64,000 nucleotides of DNA from Raja brachyura (taxonomy: Eukaryota). The notes under the pieces are model-generated. The model was not told the DNA's origin. It made no database searches and was given only the letters and a program-made list of their open reading frames with translations. Shown one piece after another: positions 24,512-36,500 of the stretch (positions are counted from its first letter, which is position 1; every line of letters starts with the position of its first letter). The DNA lies in contig OY740807.1 of the NCBI GenBank assembly GCA_963514005.1, forward strand, positions 29,264,001 to 29,328,000, given 5' to 3'. A program made the position numbers and the translations under genes.

Positions 24512-27500
24512 CTACAGGATAAAATGATTTAAAGCAAGTTAGAACGAACTGTAACCACATAGTTGTTACAAAAGAGTTGGATTCTCTCTTAATTTCTCAT
24601 ATTTACTTACAACATTGAAGGATCTATTCAGGCCATCAACCCCATGCCAGCTATTAAACGGACCCATCAATCATATTCCCCCACATGTTTCCCTGTCATC
24701 TATTCTCTTCAACATGTCAATTAAATCCCCACTTATTCTGCTGCAAATTTTCCAGCACTAGGAGCAGTTTAAAATACCCAATTAACCAACAAACCTGCTC
24801 ATCTTAGATAGACACAAAAAGCTGGAGTAACTCAGCGGGTCAGACAGCATCTCTAAAGAAAAGGAATAGGTGACGTTTCAGGTCGAGACCCTTCTACACA
24901 GTCTGAAGAAGGGTCTTGACCCAAACGGTCACCTGGACCTTTTCTCCAGATATGCTGTCTGACCCATTGAGTTACTCCAGCTTTTTGTGTCTATCTTTGG
25001 TTTAAACCAGCATCTGCAGATCCTTCCTACACATATCTCCTGCTCATCTTTGGGGGTTATGGGAGGAATGTGCAAAGGAGAACATGCAAACACCACACAT
25101 TCTTCACCGGGAGGTCAGGACTGAATACGGATCTTTAGGATTATGAGGCAGTAGTATTAGTCATACAGCACAGAAACATGCCCTTTGGCCTAACTCGCCC
25201 ATGTTAACATGGATACCTATCTGAGCTATCTAATTATTATGTGTTTGGCTACATCCTTCTGTACCTTTCCTATCCCATGTACCTGTTCATTTATTCCTGA
25301 TTGTAGACAAGAAAGTAATGGAGAAACTGTATAACATCTCCACAGAGAGTAGAAGGAATATCAAGGAGAGCTTGAAGGAATGCCATTGATGGAGTTTTGC
25401 CCTGTGGCTGATCAATAGTCTGACATGACAACATTATATGATGATATATGTGCCAAGTAGCAGAAGTAAAAAGGTGGAGGACATACCAATATTTAAGAAA
25501 TAAAATTGGAAAATAAATGTTTTGCTGATAACTTGTTTTATTTTTAAGAAGGAACTGTAGATGCTGGAAAATCGAAGGTAGACAAACATGCTGGAGAAAC
25601 TCAGCGGGTGAGGCAGCATCTATGGAGCTAAATAGATCCATATGCTCCATAGATGCTGCCTCACCCATTGAGTTTCTCCAGCATTTTTGTCTACTTGTTC
25701 TATTTTGTTGTGTCTGTATCTTAATACCACCCACAATGAGGAAGCTGCAGTGATTATAGTAAATCTTTGAAGAAAATTAAATATATGAAGCTGCCTAGCA
25801 GATATGTTGTATTTCTGACATTTTAACATTGGATGTCCAAAGTCATTAAATAAACACCAAAGACAACATCCCATGGTTAGTATCCGACTGATACCTGGGT
25901 TCCAGCCCTACCTGTGCAACTGGGTGGAGCTGGGTCCCACTGTCCATTGCTCAAACACATTATTGTATCCGCTCCCACCAGCATGTGTCCGCACTCACAG
26001 GTGTATCTGATTGAGGATTTACAGATCGAGAAATGGGCATGAGCCACAGTGGGGGCGGATCCACAGGGAATCACTACAAGAAGAAAATGTCATTTTTACA
26101 TTCATGACGATAACATCAAGGGTCTGAAATGCTAGGGTTTTAATGGTTTTGAACGTCTTCATCTTGCGTGTGGCGTGCACAGCCTAAAGGTGCAGGACAA
26201 CTTGTTCTATTTCATCTTATTTGATTGTGCAAGCCAGGTTGATAGCATTCGTCGAAACAGGGTGGACCACGTGAAGGTTGCAATCTCCCACCCCAGTGGT
26301 TTTGAACAACGAGGAAGGACAAAATAGGACTTTGGCCACAAAATGAATGAAGAAACAGTTTATTAAAGGACAGCAGAGTAGGATACTATTCAGCTCATCA
26401 TATCTCACGTTCTTGAAACTGACTATCCAATTAATCTCACTCTCCTGCTCTGTCCTTATAGTGCTGCAATGTTCTCACCTTCATCGACCCGAATCCCATT
26501 TATTGTATCTGCCAGTTCAACCAGTGCATCCCAGGTGACAACTCATCTATCAAGAAAAATCGCTTCCCATATCTGGTTGTTTTACAAATTATCTCTGTAA
26601 TTGTGCTTCCTTTGGCACTCCGTCACATCTTTAGTACTTTACAAGTCTCTGTTAGCTAAGGAGAGCCACCCCGGGTCTAGATCTCTGGTACCGCTCTACA
26701 AAATATTTTCTTTGCTCTCTCAGGGGTTGACTTCCTTCCAAAGGTGTGGTGCCCAGAATTGGCATGATGCTTAAATTGCAACGTATTCTCTAAAATAATC
26801 ATTTATATTGCCAACAGGTTCAAGAGGATTGTGATCAAATTTGAGAAAGAGTGTTAATAGAAATGAGCTGTAACTTGCTGGATTTTGTGGGAGAATAATT
26901 TAATTGTCAAGCAGCTAATAGATGGCAGACCCCTCTGATCATCACATCTCCGTAAGAAAGCTTGCTCTATTTTAAGAGTTGGCCCTGTTACCAGATCTAT
27001 GGTGAGCTCGGAACAGCTCCTGGCTTTAGCTCACGATCTTCAGATTCATACACAATCAGGGCACCTAAAGGTCTGACCTGAAACATCACCTATCCATTTT
27101 CTCCAGAGATGCTGCCTGACCTGCTGAGTTACTGCAGTACTTTGTGTCTATCTTCACCTAATGGTCAACCTGTTTGATCAGGAGAAAGGACTGGAGGAAA
27201 ACAGCATCAGTGGTGCCAGAGACAGAATTGGGCCTAAGGATTACTCCAATAATTTCCTTGCACGATGAAAATATTCTTAAGCTTAGCGTATTGTTGACTT
27301 CTTCAAAGCTGCATCTTCACATCTCGTCGAATTTCCATCAAATATCTAGTCAGCTCCAACATAAACCCAATTTATATATTGGTCATCATAGACACAAAAT
27401 GCTGGAGTAACTCAGCGGGAAAGGCAGCATCTCTGGAGAGAAGGAATGGGTGACATTTCGGGTCGAAACCCTTCTTCAGACCTCAGTCTGAAAAAGGGTC

Positions 27501-30500
27501 TCGACCCAAAACATCACCTATTCCTTCTCTCCAAAGATGCTGCCTGTCCCACTGAGTTGCTTCAGCATTTTGTGTCCATCTTTGGTTTAAACCAGCATCT
27601 GCAGTTCCTTCCTACACATTATATATTGATCACCTTTGCAAAGACATTCCTTCATCATTCTATTAGATGCTGTCTAATTATCTTCAGAATTAATGTATTT
27701 CTCCCTTTTTCGGATGACCTTGGCAAGGCTCTTTAACCCAGCACTCATGTCACTGTGTCCAGCAAGACTTCTCCAAAGTGCCCTCACACCCCTAATTGGT
27801 ATAAACACACTTTAAGCTCAGAAAGACTGAGAAAATCATTGTTCTACCGCAGGAATACTGTACCTTCCACATTCTCCTTCCAGGCACTCAGATCTACCAT
27901 TGAAATCTGCGTGCAACTTACATATCCTTCTGGATAGGACCTAAACCTAAATGCATCTCGAGGAACTTCTTCAATCCTGGTGTTATCACAGATGACCCTG
28001 GAGAGTGAGACTTGCTTCAGAGCTTTTTGCTGATCGATGGTAAAAACTCCTTGGTGTTCCCACCAGAATCTGAAGAACAAAGAAGGAATATAGTGGAAGG
28101 CATTTCTGAGATTCATTTGTCCATACACTTTATAAGGAGACAGTTCTCAGCAATGCCCAATGGGCAGTTTCAGTTGAATGCTGGATAAATTGTAGCTGCT
28201 CCATATCTACAGTTGCTCAATATCTTCTCCTCCTCCTATTCCAAATAGCATTAAATTTAATTCAATCAAAAATTGTCAAAAATGATCTGAACAGCAGAAG
28301 ATGCCACAAAAGTCAGGCAACTCTGTGCTTGTTACAGAAGTGGATCTGCAATCACGTATTACAATCGCTCATCTCTTTACTCTGCTGTACACTGTGGATG
28401 CCTCGATTGTAATCATGTATATTCTATAACTAAACTAACAAACTAGAAGAGTTTTAAGGCTTCAACATTGAGCTCGATAATTCAGACCAGAGATCTATTT
28501 CCCCTTTGCACGAGTGAAGAAATGATTTATAGGATTCAATCGTTGTTCATGTCTCGAACTGTAATCTCTTACCTGTCTCCATCTCGCAGGTTTTTGAACT
28601 GCTGCCCTGCCAAGCAGGCAAGCAACGGACCCAACCTTCCACCTCTCACCGATGGCTCTGACACTCCCCCTAGCCATGGCTCGATGTTATCTGCAGTTCC
28701 GTACAGCTTGAACAGGTCCCTTGCCAGACGAGAATTTCTGAGGATTGCTGTGAGATCCTTTACATTCTTGGGCTCAGCGAGACCACAGAACCTCCTCCAA
28801 GCATTATAGCCTGTGTTTATTGGTGAGAAGGGAAACAAAGAGTACTATTTCAATTTTACTTGCTGTCCTTTTCTTTTGACTACCCCTTCCGTGCCAAGCC
28901 CCTAACACGCCCACTCCCGGGTCCAAAAATGAACGAGTCCTTGCAGATTGGTTGCTCAATGACTATTCGTTCTTGGCAGAGAAATTACCAGTTTGCACCA
29001 TGGTCAGAAACAGAAGTGTTCATTCTGTACTTCATAATAAATGACATGTCCACTATCATTACCACTACCACAGTAGTCCAGCACTACTGAAAAAGCAGTA
29101 GACTGAGGACTAGATCTGATATGTGACATGGCATTTACGAATATCTCATTTATTGTGAGGGGAGATGAATATGAACATATGGAGAAGATGGATACAAAGT
29201 GGTGGAATAACTCAATCGGTCAGGCAGCATCTCTGAAGAGAGAGGATGGGTGACGAATTGGGTCAGAATTCTTCTTCAGACTGAAAGTAAAGGGGAGAGA
29301 ACTGAAGGTAGGAAAAGGCCAGAACAAATCATAAACCAACAGTTCCTTTCTACACATAAACATATGGAGTTACTGCTTCAGTTATTTGGGGATTGGCGAT
29401 TCCACTTCTGTAGTATTGTGTGCAACATTTTTTCAGAAAATATGTAACATTGGAAGTAGTTTTGAGAAGGCTCACTAAACTAAGAATAGATGGATTTTCT
29501 TATGATTAAAGATTTGATAGCTTATGCTCCACCCAGAGTCTCTCACAACCACCTACACTTTATAGTAACCAATTAACCTTCCAACCAGTGTGTAGGAAAG
29601 ACCTGTGGATGCTGGTTTAAAACAAAGGTAGACACAAAATGCTGGTGTTACTCAGTGGGACAGGCAGCATCTCTGGAGAGAAGGAATGGGTGATGTTTCG
29701 GGTCGAGACCCTTCTTCAGACTCAGTCTGAAGAAGGGTCTCGAGCCAAAACATCACTCATTCCTTCTCACCAAAGACGCTACCTGTCCCGCTGAGTTACT
29801 CCAGCATTTTGGGTCAACCTTCCAACCAACACAATTTTGGGAAGTGGGAGGAAACTAGAGCAATTGGGAGAATCCTACATCCAAACTCCACACAGACAGG
29901 ACTGGAAGTTTGTGGTAGTTGTGAGGTATCAGCATTGCCTCCATGTATGTAGGTATATCTGAGCAGACTATGTGTTCTCATGTGCGTGGACAAGTTCCTC
30001 CGCTCTCAGTACCTGGCAGCCCATGATCCCGGGACCGTTGCAGGTTTAATGAGGCCAGGTCCAATGGCAGCCGATTCGTCAACTCAAACAGATGCTGGCG
30101 CAGTTCATCCACTATCATTCGATTTTGCTTCTGCCTTTTGGCTGGATTGGCCAGTAATCCGCGAAGAATCGGTTCAATTCCACCTGGTAGAATAAAATAT
30201 AACTATGAACATACAAGTTGAGAGGCGGAGTAGAACACTTGGTCCTTCAAGCCCATTCAAAGAGATCATGGCTGATCTGATTATCAGGCCACTCTGCATT
30301 CCTGCCCATCTGCGACTCCAACTCTCCACCTCGCTAGTGCTACAAATATGTCTTGCATGTGTGTAGGGCTCAGCACATCTCAAATGCATCTTCAATAGCT
30401 TCACGTACATTGATGCTCTTATAGAAAAAGTGTTCTTACACTCTATAGTGAAAATCTGTAGAGAATTTATAGTGATATTGAAATATTACTTACCCTGATG

Positions 30501-33500
30501 CACGATTCTCCAGGGAGAGAAGAAGGAACTGCGCAGGGGTATGTTTGGATATTGTGGGTGTTCTTGATAGCTTTCGTTGAAGCGATGGACCAGTGGCTGA
30601 ATGGTGACGTGTGCATACCGAAAACAAGCTGTGGCAAAAACGTTGGCAATTCTGGGATCAATGGAATAATTGTAACCAACATAAGGTGGGAGAAATTTCT
30701 GCATTGCTGCTGGACCAATAAGTTTAGGGATGTAGTCTCGAAAGGTTATAATCTGCCAGAGACAAGAGGTAAGAGAAATGGAAAGGAAACTCAGAGAATT
30801 TTTGATTTCAGACAATAGCAGAACACTGAATTTGTGCAAAGTTAATAACAACTTGTTGTACTTGATATTACGAACAATTACCACAATTCCAATTGAAGGT
30901 CTTCTACCTGAAATGTTAAATCTGATTCTTCCTCTACAGCTGCCACCTGACAAGCTTGTATTAATGTTTATATTTGTCATTTGTAGCACTTGAAGGTCTT
31001 TTACTTTCCAATTAAAGCAAAGATCAACTGACCAGGAAAGGCCAATGGTAAAACATCTTTTTTTTTTCTTAAATCAATGGAAAATTAGAATTCTCCAAGG
31101 TTTTAGAATATCTGCGCATTACCTTTTATCACAACATTCGGCCTTTTTCCCGGAACTTATGGGCCTGTCCCACTTAAGCGATTTTTTAGGCGAATGGGCC
31201 GTCGCCACACGGTCGCCGGGATGTCCCCTGTATGGTCTCCTCAGTCATCCAAAGAGTCCTACCTTTTTTGTGGATGCCGATGGATTTTGGAGTGTTCAAA
31301 ACGTTTTGGTAGGCTTGATGCTAATGATCGTAGCCTGACGTAGGTGCTATCGCCAGGATGACGTAGGTTGTCACCATGTGACGTAGGTTGTCGCCGGTGC
31401 TGACTTTGGTGAATTCCATTGGCGACTACCTACGGCAACCGGCGACAGGTACCAGCGACTGAATTGTCTTAAGTTGTCTTCAGTTGGCGCCGACAGGGTC
31501 GTAGCTTGTCGCAGGTGGACGTAGGTTTTCATCGGTGTGGTCGTTGTTGGGTCGCCAGTTGTCGGTAGCTTGCCGCCGACTAGGTGGTAGGTTGTTGGCA
31601 TGTCGTCAGGGGATCCAGTCGCCGGTTTTTCGGTGACCTGCTACGACTATGACAGTCGCTGGCAGTCGCCGAAACAAATCGCCGAAGTGGGACAGGCCCA
31701 TTACTAACCCAAGAAGTAATATGTGTCAACAAGGGGTGAATCTGTTAATGATTCACAGCTCCAGGGATTGGGATTCAATCTTGATCTCAGTGCAATCTGT
31801 GTGGAATTTTCATTCTCACCCTGACCAGCTGGACTTCGCAAGTGCTTCCGTTTCCTCCATAGCTAAATATGTGCTGGTAGATGCACTGATTTTTGTAAAT
31901 TCCCTCTTAGTGTAGTAAAAAGAATGAAAGGGCAGCTGAAGGGCATTTGTGAGAGGGAATAAGATGCATTGAAATAAGGACAAAGAGAATGATCCTAATA
32001 GGAAAGCTCCTCTGGGAGCTGTAAGGCTTCCTTCTGTCTCATCACAAGGATGAGATTTAATGAATCTCTCTGCGAAAGTTATGTGAAAAGGTTGAGATTT
32101 TAACTTCAATGACTCTCGCCTCGGAAGTAAATAGATTATCACCATGTAATTTCCACTTCAGTGAACTATGCATGTCCATTTTAACCCGTTCTATCAGTTG
32201 ACAGAAATGAGTTGGAATGTTAGGTGGATGCTAAAATGAGACAGGATACAATGTAAGAAATATTCACCTTATTTTCCAGCCGTGCCCAATCAGGCAACAC
32301 TCTGGTGTGGTTTATAGAGTCGCTGCCTCCTAGTGCCAGAGACCCAGGTTCAATCCTGACCTTGGGTGCTATCTGTGTGTAGTTTGGACCTTCTCCCTAA
32401 GATTGCATAGGTATTATCAGCATGCTCAGTTTCTTCCCAGATCCCAAAGGGGTGCAAGTTGGTAAGTTAAGTCGTCATTGGAAATGACCCCAAGTGTACA
32501 GGTGAGCAGTAATATCTGGGGAGAGTTGTCAGCAATGTAGGGCGAATTTTTAAAAAAAGAGGAATTGGTATAAATGGTCGATGTGGACTCTTTAGGCTTT
32601 AGAGAAATAGCGAGGAAAAAGACCTTTCGGCCCACCAAGTCTGTACTGACCAATGATCATCCCATACACTAACACTATCACTCTAGGAACAATTTTTACA
32701 ACTTACTGAAGCCAATTAACCTACAAACCTGAGTGTCGAAGGAAACCAGAGCACCCGGTGAAAACCCATGCCTTCATGGGGAGAACGTACAAACTCCATA
32801 CAGACAGCACTGTAGTCAGGGTCGAAGTCAGGTCTCTGGCGCTGTAAGGCAGCAGCTCTACTGCTGTCACTGTGCTGTCCTAGGTGACTCGGTGGGCTAA
32901 AGTATATGTTTCTGTCCTCAATCTCTCTATGACGCCATGATTCGATTCTTACAGCATGCATCTCTTAGTAGAATGATATTTTACTTGATGAAATGCTCCC
33001 ATGATTTTCCTCGCCTCCTGGTACGTTGTTTCACCACTCCAGTGTGGGTTTAGTCTCTTCAGCTCTCTTGCCAAGCGATTATGTTCCCGTAGAAACAACA
33101 CATGAAAAGATAGGAGCCCCAGGTGCTCATTCACACGTCCGTCACCTGTAGGCCCAAGATAAATATTACATTGATTGCAATTTTGCATTATAGAAGAAAA
33201 TATCAACATTTTCTCAGTTACATTTCAGCCCAAGTTTGTAATAGTTTCTCATCATCCTTGCACAAGTTTTCATTCTGATGTTCACCTCCTTCATCTGAAA
33301 TAGAGTCATAGAGTCATGCAGCATGGAAACAGGCCCTTCGGCCCAACTCATCCTTGCCGACCAAGATGCCCCCTTCTAAGCTAGTCCCATTGGCCCATAT
33401 CCCTCTCAATCTTTCCTATCCTTGTACCTGCCCAAGTTTCTTTTAAAGAAAATAAAAACTTCTGTGAGATGAACCAACACAATTTGGTCAACAAAATGTC

Positions 33501-36500
33501 AACATCAGAGTTATGTATTTTGACCCTCCCCAACACCAGAACAATCAAGCATATTTAGGAATAGTGCTGAATGAGTTTCATCAATTGGGAATAATCAAAT
33601 GGGAAAGTGTATCAAATTCATGACAAGGTATTCTTAATAAATAAACCCGATGAAAAAGTCAGGAGTTTTTTTAAAGCTTCCTATAGGAATTCAGAGCAGT
33701 CACTTTGCTTCTGATTTACATGTTGGCAGCAAGAGACAATACAATTTTATCCAGAGGTCCTTTTAACAATTTCTTGCCGACATTGAATCTTCCTGAGAAG
33801 ATTGGCGTGATCAATTAATTCAGAGGATGTATAAACATTTCTTGTGGGGCACTCAGGAACATCATAGCAAAAGACTTTCCAAATTAACTTATATGGCCTC
33901 CTCACATCTTTCCTGTATCAGCTTAGAAAACCATCGCTCACTCAAGCCACATATTAATATTGTCACAATGTCATTGGACTCGGCTCTGCTTGGTGAAGAA
34001 AAATGACAGGTCAATGGTTGGATCCAGATAGGAAGTTGATCAGAATCAGAATCAATTTATTGGCCAAGTATGTACACATACAAGGGATTTGACTTGGTGC
34101 TTTGCTCTCACATGGTAAATCACAATACACAGCATTAAACGATTAAGACGATTAAAAAACAATTGTACTTTAAAAATGTAAAACTAAAGTGCAAGAGTAA
34201 AAAGGGGCAGCTTTGCTATATACTGCATGGCTATGTGTTCAAGAATTTTAACTGGTTCCTCACTGGGTTTACACGAGGATAATTGTTCATTCCTGGTAAT
34301 GAATTCCATTATTTTACTCAGAGCCGAAGATAAACTTTTTGTCCCCGTCTTGCTGAATTAAGCTTTTTTTGGGAAACCAGGACCATATTAACCAGTTTCC
34401 AACTTGCCGTTATCTCCCCAGGATCCGCTGTCTCCTTCACACTGATTCCAGACAAATCTCCTAGTCTCTCGCTCCCAACATAAATGAGCGCTGGCTTCCA
34501 TCTATTGCTGGGAATGTATTTATTTTGAGCCTCTGTATAGGACTTTAATGGTTTATGTTGACAAATTAATTCTGCTTCATTTATTTCCCTTTTGAGTTTT
34601 GTATGTCACTCACTTCTACCTGATTCAGTGCATGAAATGAGCAATTCGTTATTAATAGAAGAATTTCTCATGTGAAGTCACTCTGGGTGTTTACTTAAAG
34701 CCATAGATTCAACACAATGATACAACATGGAAATAAGCTGATCAGTTCCTTGGATATCTCCCACTTTCTTGAAAAGGGTATCCAGTTAGTATATTTTGGG
34801 GTTATGGGAGGAAACCCACATGATCACGGGGAGGGCATGCAAACTCTGTGCTGATCATTTTAATTACAAATATAAAATGATCCACAAAGAAGGAGTGTTC
34901 TACTTTCAATAGGATGATGTGCATTGGAGGTCTCACCTGCCATGAAGCAAGGAACTCCAGTGCTGTTGGGATTCATAGTACACGGGTTCTCTAGCTCACC
35001 ACTGCTGAATGGTAAGTACTCCAGCCCATTATCCGAGTAGTTTTGGTTAATCATCAGCATTCCCAGATCAGTGGTATGGTTTCGGATTCGATTTGCAACA
35101 GATTTGACGCTCCCATACACCATACTGGAATCGATAAAGGCTGTTACAGCATTTAGTTGTTCCCGAACGTGAACGTGAACGTGTCCAAAGATTGAGCCCA
35201 GATCACCAATGCCACATACAGGAGCTGATCGCAAGAAAGGCATGCAGACTACACTGCTATTGAACCTGAAGTCATTCCTAGGTATCTATTAATGACAGCA
35301 ATAAAACCAATTTCAGGCATCTGAGCATACACATGCTAATTCACAAGATAAATCAGCATCTCTGATAGATAAAGCTTCCTCACTCAGAAACACATACACG
35401 CATGTGCACACTTCAACTGAAATAAATCACTTTCCAAAAAATCAATGTTGCTATCAGTGGACATTTAACCTAACCTCCCGGTGCATTACATTTGCAGGTC
35501 TGTCCAGGAATCCCCATGAATTTAAGATTAATCTCTTAAAAACTGCCTGCATGCCAACAGGACAAAAAGCACTCTGACTTAAAATAGTCTTACATTTAAA
35601 AAAAAATCAATGTTGTGTTTTAGTAATAAAAATCCATAAGATGGGAGACAGGCTGAATGATTACTTGTGGAGCATGGGGCAAGGAGGTTTTAGAGAATTC
35701 CAATGTTCAATTCTTCAAGGATATAACTAAACAGATTTGAAACTAAACAGATCTGTACAATCATGAGGAGAAATGTGGCAAAATTCAGGACAGCAATCTA
35801 AGGTTAGCTGCTTAATTTGAGTGTGATGCATAATATAGTTTAAATGCAACATTGGTATCTGTGGATAACTCTCCTGCCAGTTATCACTGATAATCTTAAA
35901 GGCGACAAGGAACAGGGTGGTATTTTGTTCAGCAAGGGCTGAAGTGCCAGTAACAATGCAATCATTTTTGATGACTAAATTATCTATAGACATTAATGGT
36001 CAAATTCTCAGCAACTAAAATGAGGTCAGCCAATTTATGTCAGGTTATATTCAAGTTCAAGATGAAGCAATCTTCTAACACAAAATGACATTAGCAAAAA
36101 ACATAGAGGATATACAGAAGAAGCCACTATAGTCTGAGAGCGAATCCCTCTCGACCATCTCCAGTCACTTTCTGAAACACAGAAAGAACTACTGATCTGT
36201 AATCATTAGAATAAATGTTAACATCAACATGCAATTTAAAGCTGTGGGTGTTTACTGTGTATATTTCAATTACCAAACAAGACCTTATGGGTTCATAGTG
36301 GCGTCATGTAATCCTGAATATTAGCAATGTCCTTATGTCAGCAGAAACAACTCACGTTTATACAGAGCACTGAAAAGCATGTGAACATAGCAGAACAAAA
36401 TGGATACATGATCAAAGATGAAAGTGGTGGTGGCAAAAAAGTTAGATAAGAGGCAAATGTTCAAAATGGATTTTAAGGAGAATAGATTTGTGGGAAATAG

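Noticed and set aside
25877-25911. Read-through ending [11 protein letters not shown] for gene B (and the similar intron read-through 20689-20873 for gene A)
   Set aside because: Both Sushi exons have good donors at equivalent positions and in-phase downstream acceptors exist. Read-through is not excluded without RNA data.
8195-33145. Recent gene conversion between the 161-nt exons of A and B (only 7 aa differences in 54)
   Set aside because: Many synonymous differences (cgt/cgc, tta/ttg, gcg/gca, agg/aga, aat/aac, gga/ggt, tat/tac) point to purifying selection on the catalytic core rather than recent conversion.
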